A DNA stretch of 63,960 bases, the filler included, from Pelomyxa schiedti (lineage: Eukaryota; Protista; Evosea), in assembly GCA_020536535.1 (NCBI GenBank). It is 11 parts of 11 records of this genome, joined end to end, with 100 filler letters (N's around TTAATTAATTAA, not from the genome) between each part and the next. Parts side by side here need not be neighbours in the genome. Positions count along the whole stretch, not along the records: positions 23,426 to 36,145 come from JAHLWZ010001204.1; 10 more parts are not named here. One strand, 5' to 3'. Under the pieces are notes generated by a model. The model saw only the letters and a list, made by a program, of their open reading frames with translations. It did no database searches and had not been told where the DNA came from. Position 1 is the stretch's first letter. Every line of letters begins with the position of its first letter. Made by a program: the position numbers and the translations under genes. This document shows positions 23,611 through 34,022 of this stretch, piece after piece.

Positions 23611-26600
23611 ATGCAAGGAAGCAACCACGACCAACAACGTTACGAAATCAACATCGCGACATCGCCCCAACAACAACAACAACAACAACAAGCAACCCCA
23701 ACGGTTGTTGTTGTTGCGGACGGATCGGGTGGTGGGGAGCCTGTGGACGTGGAGTGCCCAGTGTGCCTCTGCGTGCTCAACGATCCCGTGGTTCTCGCTC
23801 CCCACCCACCACCATCCGCATTGTCGGCGCCACAACTACCAGGTGGCTCCAACACAGCGGCAACAACAGCAACAACAGCAACAACAGCCACGGCATCTTG
23901 TTGTTGTGGGCGCAGCGTGTGCCGGCGGGACGGGGAGAGGGTGTGGGCCCACGCGAGGGCGTGGTCCCGTGCTCCCCCCGGTGCCTTGCTGCTCAACGGC
24001 GATGTTGTGTCTCAGTCTGCTGGTGATGGAAAACAAAACATCGTGTGTACAACACCCACCCTCTCCTTCTCTCGCTCGTAATAACTGGACTGTGTATCAG
24101 GAAAAAAAGGAAGCCCCGGACATGGAACTGAGCACTGCACAGGCCAAAGGCGCGACGGCTACTGCTGCTGATACCACCAAGAGCGGCAGTGGTGCTGGCA
24201 TCGTTTGTGTGAAGTGCCCTGCATGTGATGCTGAAACCAGAATACAAGACAACATGGACGACGTCTCCACACCAGATCCTCCTCGTTCCTGCTGGAAGGT
24301 ACGAAAATTACACTCATTTGCAGCCGTCATTCACCAGTTTTTCCTTACATCCATCAAATATATGTTTCAGTCAAATGAATCTCTGCAGCAAGCAATATGT
24401 GTACTCCATGAAAAGGCAACCTCACAAAAAGGAGCCAAGTGCGTTTTATGCAAAGATGAATCTGTTGTGTGGCAGTGCCAATGCACCCACCATCGTCATT
24501 CTTCACAAAAGGAAACAAACCAGTGGTTTGTCTGTGATGATTGCATTGGTGGTTCCAAAAAGAAACACTTGAAGAAGTTCAGTGTCCCTGCGGCTTTGGT
24601 CAAGCTGACTAGAGCCGGCACTTCTTCTGAAGCTGGCTGCACCTCTTCATCCTCACAACAAGTGACTGGATTGGTGATGGTGAAGGATCGAGATGTGTGC
24701 TCGACTCATCATGAACCATTGAAACGGTTCTGCATTGAATGCCAAGAGTCAGTGTGCTGGCCATGCTTGGTTGATGGTATTCTCTTAAATGTGTCAGGAT
24801 TAACTCCCACCATCACCCTCAGGTGAACACAAAAACAAGCAAAGTGATTTGCAGCACAATAACAAACCAATTGAAGAGGCTGCACTTGAAAAGGTGAAAG
24901 AACTGAAGTCACTCTCAGAGGAACTTACTTCGAAACAACGCTCCGTGAAGTCCACCATTGACACAGTTCAGCGGTCCGAAGTTTTCCTCTCTGTGGTAAA
25001 AATCATTGCTTCTCCTTTTTTCTTTGTTCAACAAACCACAGAGTGCCAAACAAGCAATCTCAGAAGTCGTCAGCACACAAGAGAAAGCAGTCGAACTGAT
25101 CATGAAGAAATCAGAGCAACTCATCAATCAAATCACTCTGGAATCTCTCTCAAAAGGTGTGTCATGAACAGAACTTTTCATCATCTTCCCACCCAAAAAC
25201 CACAGGGAAAGAACTTTCAAGGCAAAAAGAACTGTTGGAGAGCCACCTTCAAACGATTGAGGAAGAGCACAAGACAATTGAGAGGGTGATTGGAATCGGA
25301 ACTGGCACCACAATGACAACAGACAACCACAAGGTTGTGAGGGTGTTCCCAAGGCTCAAGTCGAGGGCTCGTTGTGTTGTTGATGCTCCAATTGTGCTTG
25401 GTGAACCTTGCTTGGTTCCTTGTGTGCAGTTTGTTCCCTCCTTCGTTGATGATCTCCTTGTTCTTTGCAGTCACTTTGGTGATGTCCTTTCAGGTTTGTC
25501 ATTAACCTCACTCAGTCACTGAAGTGCTGACAATTATTTTCCCGCCACTCCCAGTCTCCAAAAATGACTTCAGGTGGCAGCTGGACGAGATTGACTCACC
25601 CTCAAGATCAGTGACACAACGAGCATCCAAAACAGAAGAAGGAAACTGTAGCAACAAGGGGGATTTGAATGCCGTTGCTTCAAGGAGGGTCAACACGCCA
25701 CTTTCGTTTTCAGTGTCACTGAGTCACACAAAATCCATCACAAGGACCACTGACACAGGCACAACTCCCGAATCCAATAACCAACAGCAACGACAGGAGC
25801 AAATGCAGGAGCTAATAACAGCCGAGGTCTGGGAAAATCATGAATCTGAAGGAGGAGCTTCAAAACCAACAACATGTGGTGGATGTGAAGTGAGTTGTTG
25901 TTGCTCTGTTGAGGACACATTGAAAGAAGAGGTGATGAAGAAGTGGAAGGTGAATGTTGTCCCCAAGAAGGAGGGAACATTCATGATGAACATCCTTTGT
26001 GGAAACAAGCCAATCAACACCCTCCCAATTCGATTTTCAGCTTTCAATGGTGTGTATTTTCACCCTTCTCAGGTCTTCTTCGACTCACAACAAACAACAA
26101 ACAATACACAGTTCCCAAGACACCAAACAACATCAGGATTGGGAGCATCACTCACGAGGGTTTCCAGTTCACATGTGACTTCAGTACCTCCCCTGTCGTT
26201 CTGGGAACCACCATGAATGGTATCAAGCACAACGACTCAGTGATTGTGGAGATTGCTCAGAAGACCAAACAAGGTGAAGGAGCACCAACATTAAAAGGTA
26301 AGCCCCACCCCCAGAAGGATGGATGAATACTTTTCCTTTGTTTTTTACAGGGCATACAACAGATGTTGACACAGTTCAGTGGGAAGAAGTTTACTGTGGT
26401 GTCGAAAACACGTGCACAATTGGTGGTGGTTCCAGCACACCAACAAACCAAGCAAAGGGTGCAGTGGCAACAAAGGTGAAAGCAGACACAGAATACATTG
26501 TGAGGTGCTGTTTGTGTGACCACCTTGGTTGTGGTGACTGGGCCTTTGCACCTCACTCTGTCAGAACTCTCCCTGATCCTGGTTTGTTGTTTCTCCTTTC

Positions 26601-27897
26601 AGCACTCCATCATTCACTTTTTTTTTGTGGCAGAACCACTTGCACCAATCAATGTGAGGATTGTGACACAACAACAAGGACCAGCAACACCAACACTCGA
26701 GTGGACTCCAAACCCTCACGGTCCCAGGCCATCCTCGTTTGTTGTCCAGGCAAGGAGGAGCATCAGCAGGAATCCCAACCAACAACAACCACCAATGGAG
26801 GAAGGGTGGGCTGAGGCAGGCACCACAACAACAACACCATCACAACAAGAGCCACCCACATCAATGGACATCACTCACACACTGGCAAACACTGGCGGAT
26901 TTGAAGAAGTTGAGTTCAGAGTTGGTGCACTCAATGGGCCTTCAGCAGCCAGCCCATGGTCCAACGTGGCGTTGTTCAAATGTGCGTGTGTCCCCCACCA
27001 CACACCACAAAATAAAACATTACAGGTGAGCCACCTGGTGACCTTCACATGACGATGTTCCCCACGCTGGACTGGTCACCACCTTCACCGCCAACACAAC
27101 CACCACAGTTGTACGTTGTGCAGAGGAAGCCACACAACGCACCACCTGAATCAGAATGGCAAGAAGTGTGCCGTGGAACACAGACATCGTGTGATGTCAC
27201 TGCCGTTGGATCGCCACCAATCAGGCGTGGAGATAACAGTGAGTATGACTTCAGGGTTGGGTCACTGTGTGCTGGTGTGGTCATGTCAACCACTTGGAAG
27301 TTGCTGCAGAACATCATCACTGGTGTGTATTTTTTTCTTGTTCCATCAACTCCCACCGACCAACACACACACACAGGCACATTCACATGGGACCCCTCAT
27401 CGTGCTATAAAACTAACCTGAGTGACAACAACCACATTGCAACTGGTCCCAGTGGTACTTATGACACAACTGTGTGGACAACACAGTGCGTCACAACCGG
27501 CTCCGTGGCGGTTGCACGAATCACACTCATCAAAAGGAACAGCTGCAGCTGCCCACTCGTCGGGGTGGTTGGCCCTGCAATCACGTCCAAGCCCACACCA
27601 CCGTCGGGCAGCATCTACCGCAGTGAGGGCTTCTGGGGCTTCAACCTGCGACGTAGGGGTGGCACGTGGCACAATGGGAAGAAACAGGCCAATGGTGACC
27701 ACAGGAACGGGTACGACAACACACCAGATGGGACTGTGATCACAGTGACTGTGGACATGACGCACCCTGGTGGTGGTGGGACGATGAGTGTGAGGGTGGG
27801 TGACTGCGACAGGGGCGTTGTGTGTTGCACTGGCCTCCCTTCACCCCTCAGGTTCGCCTTCTCTGCCTGTTGTGGTCACGTGATCAAGATAGAGTAA
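23611..27897 (+). CDS. TRIM-like protein: degenerate RING, two B-boxes, coiled coil, filamin/Ig-like segment, about 3 FN3 domains, SPRY/B30.2-like domain; multi-exon
   Basis: RING CPVC..CGRSVCRRD..CPAC. B-box1 CVLC..CQC..VCDDC. B-box2 CSTHHEPLKRFCIECQESVCWPC. Filamin-like WKVNVVPKKEGTFMMNIL. FN3 motifs LEWTP..FRVGALNG..SPWS. SPRY-like FTWDP..VGVVG..FWGF..DGTVITVTVDM..LPSPLRFAFS. Confidence 0.8.
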
Positions 27898-27954
27898 CAA
27901 AGGGGGGTCCCATCAAAGGTTGAAGGAAGTTCCCTCCATTTTTCGAACAACAAA

Positions 27955-28242
27955 ATGACGGCAATGTCAGGGAGGCACAATTACGGCGCCAATTACGACG
28001 TCGAGCTGGGACACCAACGGCCACAGCAACAGCAACAACAACACTCACCTCATGATTCAGACTCCAACGACGGCGACTACGAAGCGGAGTCGCGTCGTTC
28101 CCCCTCGGCCCCGCGCCGCGGCGCGGTCCTCCCCATCACGAGCTCGTCGTCACCGTCCACGTCGCCGCGTGTCACCAGCCCCGCATTGACAACCGCCACC
28201 ACAGCATCATCAACAACAACAACGACAACAACTACACTGTGA
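27955..28242 (+). CDS. Short low-complexity ORF, possibly the truncated 5' end of a gene
   Basis: ATG after an A-rich context, GC-rich coding-like composition with Q and T runs; ends where an atypical non-coding block begins. Confidence 0.35.
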   Translation: MTAMSGRHNYGANYDVELGHQRPQQQQQQHSPHDSDSNDGDYEAESRRSPSAPRRGAVLPITSSSSPSTSPRVTSPALTTATTASSTTTTTTTTL

Positions 28243-28630
28243 TTTCAGATCACACCCAGAGTGGGTTCCAAGCTGTTCCCAAAGGGTGAAAAAACACTAC
28301 CCAAGTGGAGAAAGTGGAGGTAAAATCACAACGGGCTCGATGTGGGTGCTCCCAATGTCCGAGAATCCATTTGAACATCACAGCCTTTTAACCCAATCAC
28401 ACAACCGCTCTGCGAGATTTTACACACTCCCTTTTTATCCCCTTTACAAACAACAACGAGAACACATAAGAGAACCCTTTATTCTCTTCGCTCTCACTCG
28501 TTTTCTTCCTCTGTGGGACTTATTCTCGAGCCCACAGAAGCTAACAAATTGGTGGAGGATGCGTCACGTTCTCCGTGGCTCGTATCCAAACACTACGCAA
28601 CATCGAAACTCGTAACTTCGAACTGAACCA

Positions 28631-28798
28631 ATTACACCCGATCTCCGATGCTTCGATTTTACCTTGCGTAAACCTACGAGGACACACCTCGTAACTCGTA
28701 ACTCGTCACTCGTAACTCGAACCGAAACTCCGACGATTACACCCGATCTCCGATGCTTCGATTTTACTCGTGGACCTTACGTAAACCTACGAGGACAC
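28631..28798. repeat. Direct repeat pair with an internal 7-mer tandem array
   Basis: ATTACACCCGATCTCCGATGCTTCGATTTTAC at 28631-28662 and 28736-28767, each followed by CGTAAACCTACGAGGACAC. (CTCGTAA)n variants at 28688-28721. Confidence 0.9.
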
Positions 28799-29089
28799 TA
28801 CGGCACACTAACGACATCGTTCAGCAGACATTAATCTGATTGCCGGATACTACCCGCGGCACTAATTCACATCACTAATCCTTATCTTAACGATCACCAT
28901 GATGATTCGATGTTTTCGAGTACTCTCATTATCGACCCCCAAATGAGACTGAACATCGAACGCCACGATGCGTCGTGGCGTTGAAAATCCTGTTCCTATC
29001 CCTCCCAGAAATTAGGAGTGACAACGGAAAAACCCTGGGGCTGATTGCCTCGCCACATAATTTCCGTAAATTTGGACTTCACGTCATCA

Positions 29090-30340
29090 ATGAAGGCACA
29101 ACAGGAACAGCAGCAACCACCACGACGCGTTGGGGTGCGTGGTGCACTCGCATCGCCCCGTCACGTCCTGTGGGCCCGCGACCAGCTCGCCGCGCTGCTC
29201 GCCTGCGCCGCGGTGCCCCGCTGCGGCACCCGCAGCCCAGCCTCCCTCGTTCCCCACAGCGTGCTCGCGTGCGACGTCGGCCAGAGGTTCGTCATGCACG
29301 TCGCCAGGACCTCCGCGATCTGTGGGAGCAACTTGGCCTCTGCCGATGATGTCGTTGTTGGTGGTGGTGGTGGTGGTGTTGCAGGTGCCACCACTGGTTG
29401 CCGATATTACACAGATGTGCCAACTCATGGCCCATTCGACGTGGTGTGTGTTGGAGTGTCCCTGACACTGGGCGTTGTGGAGTGCCGGGGTTGGACCAGG
29501 ATCCAATCTTCTGAGAGTGTGTGCGCGTGGATGGGCGTCATTGATGTTTTGGGCATTGGGGGCAGGTCGAACATCAAAGTTGTTGACCATGTGGGGATGA
29601 CTTTTGCTGAGGAGGAGGTGGTTGGCTTTGGCAATCTCAGTGGGTACATACGGATTTGCAGGGGGACCAAGTGGGCTGTTCTTTACAAAATGTTTGATGA
29701 TGGCATCATGGGCAGGGTGGCAGTTCGGCCACTTGGGTTGCATGATGGAGTGAACAGAGTTGTGGATGTAAGAGGGCACGTCGAGTGGGTGGACATGATC
29801 CATGACGATGAAGCAGCACTGTTGATAAGGATTGGAGATCTGTCCTCCACTGCCAAATTTACCATACTCTGTGCTGACTTGGAAAAGAGTTATCAGTCAG
29901 GACAACTGGTGGTCACAGACTCATTCCCTGGATTCGGAAGCCTTCAACGCATGGTTTTCCACTCTAAAGGGCACAAGTTGATTGTTCCAATGAGAGAGAG
30001 AAGGAACAAGAGCCATGTGTTTGAGCTTAGATCGCTCCGTCCACTGAAAGTGTTGCACACTTGTTCAGACCTGTTGTTCCACAAGGTGGATAACACACAC
30101 TTTGCAGAAGAAGACAGAACCAACAGAACACTGAGTGTGTTCTCAACTGATGACTTTGGGACACCTGTGTGCATCTTCCCATTAAATGGTAAGTTCAAGT
30201 GTGGGAATGGCTTCATTGCATTGGAGCAACAAGATGAAGGAGGCGTTGACCTTGTTGACGCAGTGACTGGCACTTGGCTGTTGCGCCAGCCATTCCTCTC
30301 CCGTTCTCACACAGAACTCCAGTTCTTGAGCACCTCATGA
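29090..30340 (+). CDS. Expanded intronless family member (close paralogue of 34023-35291)
   Basis: WARDQLAALLACAAVPRCGTRSPASLVP..VGVSLTLGVVEC..KWAV..DLEKSYQSGQLVV..GNGFIAL..VDAVTG. Confidence 0.8.
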   Translation: MKAQQEQQQPPRRVGVRGALASPRHVLWARDQLAALLACAAVPRCGTRSPASLVPHSVLACDVGQRFVMHVARTSAICGSNLASADDVVVGGGGGGVAGATTGCRYYTDVPTHGPFDVVCVGVSLTLGVVECRGWTRIQSSESVCAWMGVIDVLGIGGRSNIKVVDHVGMTFAEEEVVGFGNLSGYIRICRGTKWAVLYKMFDDGIMGRVAVRPLGLHDGVNRVVDVRGHVEWVDMIHDDEAALLIRIGDLSSTAKFTILCADLEKSYQSGQLVVTDSFPGFGSLQRMVFHSKGHKLIVPMRERRNKSHVFELRSLRPLKVLHTCSDLLFHKVDNTHFAEEDRTNRTLSVFSTDDFGTPVCIFPLNGKFKCGNGFIALEQQDEGGVDLVDAVTGTWLLRQPFLSRSHTELQFLSTS

Positions 30341-30350
30341 ACTTTATTAA

Positions 30351-31586
30351 TTGAGTGTTTTGTTGGTTACCAACGAACGCCACACACAAAGCGATGGCAG
30401 CAATCAAAAAAAAAGAAAACATCATAAACCACCCACGCGTTGTTCACTGAAACAACAAAGAGTACTTTGTGGGTCTTCATCATCAACCTTCCCTGAAGGG
30501 TTCTCGCCAATCACTGGATCAATCACAAGGGGTGTGACGTGTTGGAGGGACGTCAGGACTGGGGTAACTGGAAAACTGGTGTCTGTCAACACACAAAATG
30601 CACTCCACGCAAGACAGGGTAATGCTGGTCACTACTCTTGGGAGCTCACCAGCCTCGCAACAGGGGAAAGGGTGGGATTGTGGGAGGGAGCTGATGGCTC
30701 GGTGAAGGCGGCGGCCAACGAGAAATGGCTCTTGGAGTGGCTTGAGAGAGGGTCTCGGCTGGCAATCGCACCAACTTGTGGGATGAATGCGGGATCAAGG
30801 CGCGTTGTTGATGTGCCTCAGGCTCTTGTCCTTCCGAAGTTTTACTTGCGCAGTTCTTCATTGAATCTTTTTTTCAACCGTGCCGCTGATGATGAAGCGG
30901 TGCTTATGTTTTTTGGGGAGGCAAGAACACAAGAGCTTCCAAGTTTGGTCAGCCTGAGGCTGGTTTGCATTACCCAGACGTGGGCAACAAAGAGCCTCAC
31001 TGAATTAAGTTCGACACGTTCTGCGGTTTATACGTGTCCATCATCAGCTGTTGTGTGCCAGAGCAGGCTCCTTGGTGGCGCGCACACCTTTGTTGTGATC
31101 ACTCAACACCCAGACAGGCGGCGGTATGCTGCTGTGATTGAGGAAGGAACCGGGAGGCAAACAACGCTGCTCACCAGAGTCAGAGACAAGGGGAAAGTTT
31201 GCTACGCAATGAGCCTCGGTCAGCTCAGCGGTTCGTTGTTTTGCATTGGATACTGTGATGTGGATGTGGCGGACATGCACTCCACAGAGAGTCGCTTTTT
31301 TGCCTTCAAGATGGCGGGAAGTAGCCCAACATGGTACGAAATCTGGGATTGCAACAGGCGCATCACACCCACAACAAGCCCATTGAGGATAGTAACGTGC
31401 CCTGCGGAATGTTCTCTTGTGGTGGCACAGGGCGGCCTTGTCTTCACAGTCACAAAGGATAAACGCAACAAGAGTTGTTGCCTTCAGGTGACTGCCCCAT
31501 CCTCATCACCAGAGATTGTTGTGCTCTCCTTCAGGTATCCTGCCCACATCTGGTTTGTTTGTTATGATGGTAGGTTGTTTTCTTGA
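30351..31586 (+). CDS. Expanded-family member lacking the N-terminal motif and a clear early ATG (43477/48576-like subgroup)
   Basis: 411-codon open frame: FSPITG..ANEKWLL..FFNRAADDEAVL..LGQLSGSLFCIG..EIWDCN..AQGGLVF. Confidence 0.6.
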   Translation: MSVLLVTNERHTQSDGSNQKKRKHHKPPTRCSLKQQRVLCGSSSSTFPEGFSPITGSITRGVTCWRDVRTGVTGKLVSVNTQNALHARQGNAGHYSWELTSLATGERVGLWEGADGSVKAAANEKWLLEWLERGSRLAIAPTCGMNAGSRRVVDVPQALVLPKFYLRSSSLNLFFNRAADDEAVLMFFGEARTQELPSLVSLRLVCITQTWATKSLTELSSTRSAVYTCPSSAVVCQSRLLGGAHTFVVITQHPDRRRYAAVIEEGTGRQTTLLTRVRDKGKVCYAMSLGQLSGSLFCIGYCDVDVADMHSTESRFFAFKMAGSSPTWYEIWDCNRRITPTTSPLRIVTCPAECSLVVAQGGLVFTVTKDKRNKSCCLQVTAPSSSPEIVVLSFRYPAHIWFVCYDGRLFS

Positions 31587-31730
31587 GATTTTTCCCATCT
31601 GCACAACTTTATTTTTAAAATCTTTGGTTCTTCTGGTTGGCACGATGTGGGTGATTCCTTTACTCGACGCTTCTAACTCAAAAGATATGGATGCTTTTAA
31701 AATAGAGCAAAACCACCTGGCTCACTTACT

Positions 31731-33029
31731 TCATTCAGAACAGGTAAGTGTTCCGCCTGTGGAATCTTCAGGGGGCTGAGGGTTGTAAGTAATCACCGCC
31801 AGCGACCTCCCTGTTATCAGATCACCAATGGAAACTTGTTGACTCCTTGATGGAGATGACGAGGTCGTTGGAGGAGTTGGCATCTGGAACGTGCAGTAGA
31901 TTGCCCTGCACAGGGAGGAGATGACTTGTTGTACTGGCAGATCCAAATAATAACAACATGAGGGCCGACTCAAGTCTGAGGATGGTGATACACTGTAGAC
32001 CTCACACACTGAGGGCATTTTGCCGGTGATTCCACCGCTTTTTCGCAAGGCAGTGATGTGCGAAGGCCACACTGTAGAGATTTTTGTGTACAACTCTGCA
32101 GAGAATGACCATATCTCACCAGTGACAGTGTTGAAAACTCTGAAGCCACTGCGCACGTCTCTGTACAGAATGAGGATTGTGCTGGGAGAGCTCCAAATCA
32201 GGTCAAAAGGAGTTGAGTGGGGGAGAGACATGGTCTTATTGGAAACCACCACTGTGACACCAGCTTCAATGCTCTTCTCAAGGTCAACAAATGAGATTGT
32301 TGACAAAGGCTGATCACTCAAACTCAGAACTTGCTGTTGGCCAACAAAAACAATCTCGTCGCCACAAGGATCAAATGGAGATAGCCTTACGCCACAACCC
32401 TCACTGAGTGGCACAGTGCACCTCACAACAACACCGCAGGGGGATACAGGCACACCATTATCGTCCATCCTCCACACAATCACCTTCTTCACAGCTGCCT
32501 GTGCCATAACCCTCACAAGCCACCTCTTGTTGCTGACCCAGACCCCAAACAAGTCGCCCAGCAGCCTCTCGCCTTTCAGTTTTGCCAGGACTTCTCCCTC
32601 GCTGTTCAGGATGCGTGAGCTCCCCAAGAATGATCCTTCCACGAACCTGCCATAACCCACACACTCCTCGACATAGGCGAACCTATGGTCGTCATCTTTC
32701 CGTGTGGTGGCCTGCGGATCTCCGAGACACATGCACTTGCATGACACAACACCCAGTGTGGCACTCAGGCCCATGAACACGTGAAAATTGCTGGTTTTCC
32801 CGTCGGATGCCAGAATATCACCTCCCACAAGTGGGAGCATGACGGTGGTTCCAACCCACCTGGAGCAACCGACGACCCAGTCGCGGCCGAATTGCTCGCA
32901 CAGCGCGCGGTTGTGGGACAGCCGCCTCGCTGGGCTCCCTCTCCCGCACCTGGACAACCCCGAGCACGCAAAACCAACAAACTGCGATCGCGCCTCGATC
33001 ACCGGCCGAATCGTTGCTGTTGGTTTCAT
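31731..33029 (-). CDS. Expanded intronless family member
   Basis: EARSQFVGFACSGLSRCGRGSPARRL..FGRDWV..MGLSATLGVV..SNKRWLV..VDLEKSIEAGVTVV..DLITG. Confidence 0.8.
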   Translation of the reverse strand: MKPTATIRPVIEARSQFVGFACSGLSRCGRGSPARRLSHNRALCEQFGRDWVVGCSRWVGTTVMLPLVGGDILASDGKTSNFHVFMGLSATLGVVSCKCMCLGDPQATTRKDDDHRFAYVEECVGYGRFVEGSFLGSSRILNSEGEVLAKLKGERLLGDLFGVWVSNKRWLVRVMAQAAVKKVIVWRMDDNGVPVSPCGVVVRCTVPLSEGCGVRLSPFDPCGDEIVFVGQQQVLSLSDQPLSTISFVDLEKSIEAGVTVVVSNKTMSLPHSTPFDLIWSSPSTILILYRDVRSGFRVFNTVTGEIWSFSAELYTKISTVWPSHITALRKSGGITGKMPSVCEVYSVSPSSDLSRPSCCYYLDLPVQQVISSLCRAIYCTFQMPTPPTTSSSPSRSQQVSIGDLITGRSLAVITYNPQPPEDSTGGTLTCSE

Positions 33030-33476
33030 TTAGTCTGGTTCTTTCCCCGAAATCAAATTAGCAATGTCAAAGCACCCCTGTTGCATCAGCGCAATGAAAC
33101 CCTTCCCAACTTGGAACTGCCCATTGAGTGGGAAGATGCGCACAGGAGTCTCAAAGTCATCAGTTGAATAAACACCGAGGGTGTTGTTGGCTAAGTCCTC
33201 TTTTGCACAGTGTGTATAATTCAACTTTGTGCACAAGCCGGTTGTTGGTTACAAAGTCTCATGATCTTTGGAGCTGAAAGCCATGTTGTGGAGGCTTCTG
33301 AATCAGCCGCGCACACAATGTTGTCGCTGCGCTCGTCATCATCAATACCGCCGCCACAATGGGTGGATACGGCGCAAGAAGAAGCTGAAACCCCTGATGA
33401 TGGCCGTCCTCTCCATGTGCATCACGAACCTCTTGCACTTATCCATCATTGCGTGTCTCGGGATTTCGGTGACATT
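33030..33476 (-). pseudogene. Internally deleted, degenerate copy of the 29090/34023 subfamily
   Basis: KRFVMHMERTAII matches QRFVMHVARTSAI. THCAKEDLANNTLGVYSTDDFETPVRIFPLNGQFQVGKGFIAL matches THFAEEDRTNRTLSVFSTDDFETPVCIF..GNGFIAL. The middle of the gene is missing. Confidence 0.75.
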
Positions 33477-33506
33477 TACACCGGGGGGCGAGTTGAATGA
33501 GAAAAA
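33477..33506 (+). mobile_element. Candidate DNA-transposon terminus
   Basis: TACACCGGGGGGCGAGTTGAATGAGAAAAA, close to the point where homology of the pseudogene ends. Confidence 0.45.
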
Positions 33507-34022
33507 GCTACATAAAAAAAAGAACCATACCACCGGGCCAGTATAAGGAAACCTAGGGATTACAACCACCACGTCCGGCACCTAAATTATCCTACGTGAG
33601 AAAACGAAGAAAGAAGAAGCCACATACTGGAAGCTGTGGATGGAACTGTGTGTCGCGATGTTAAATTCTTCCTCCCTAAAATTTGGAATTGTCGGTTTTT
33701 TAAAAACCTTGGAGAGCTGGGAGAGAAGCTGATTGATGTGCGCTTTCAAACCTGTGGTTTTTTAAGTGCAGAGTAATTATAAGTTCTGGGTAAAAATTGT
33801 GTATTACAGTGTAGTACAACAATGTTGTTTCATTAAAAAGGAGCGGGGTAGAGATATATATCTATACCGTGGACACTCTACAGCTCGTCGGGCCCCAACC
33901 ACGCGTCCTCACTCATCACACTAACTCTCTTTTCCTGCCTTTTGAAATCGATTTCAAGGATTCTCACAAGAAGAATTTTCGAAGAAAGGGAATTGCAAAA
34001 TTGAAAAAAACACATCAACAAC

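Noticed and set aside
28631-28798. CRISPR-like array
   Set aside because: Only two repeats, a repetitive spacer, no cas genes and a eukaryotic context.
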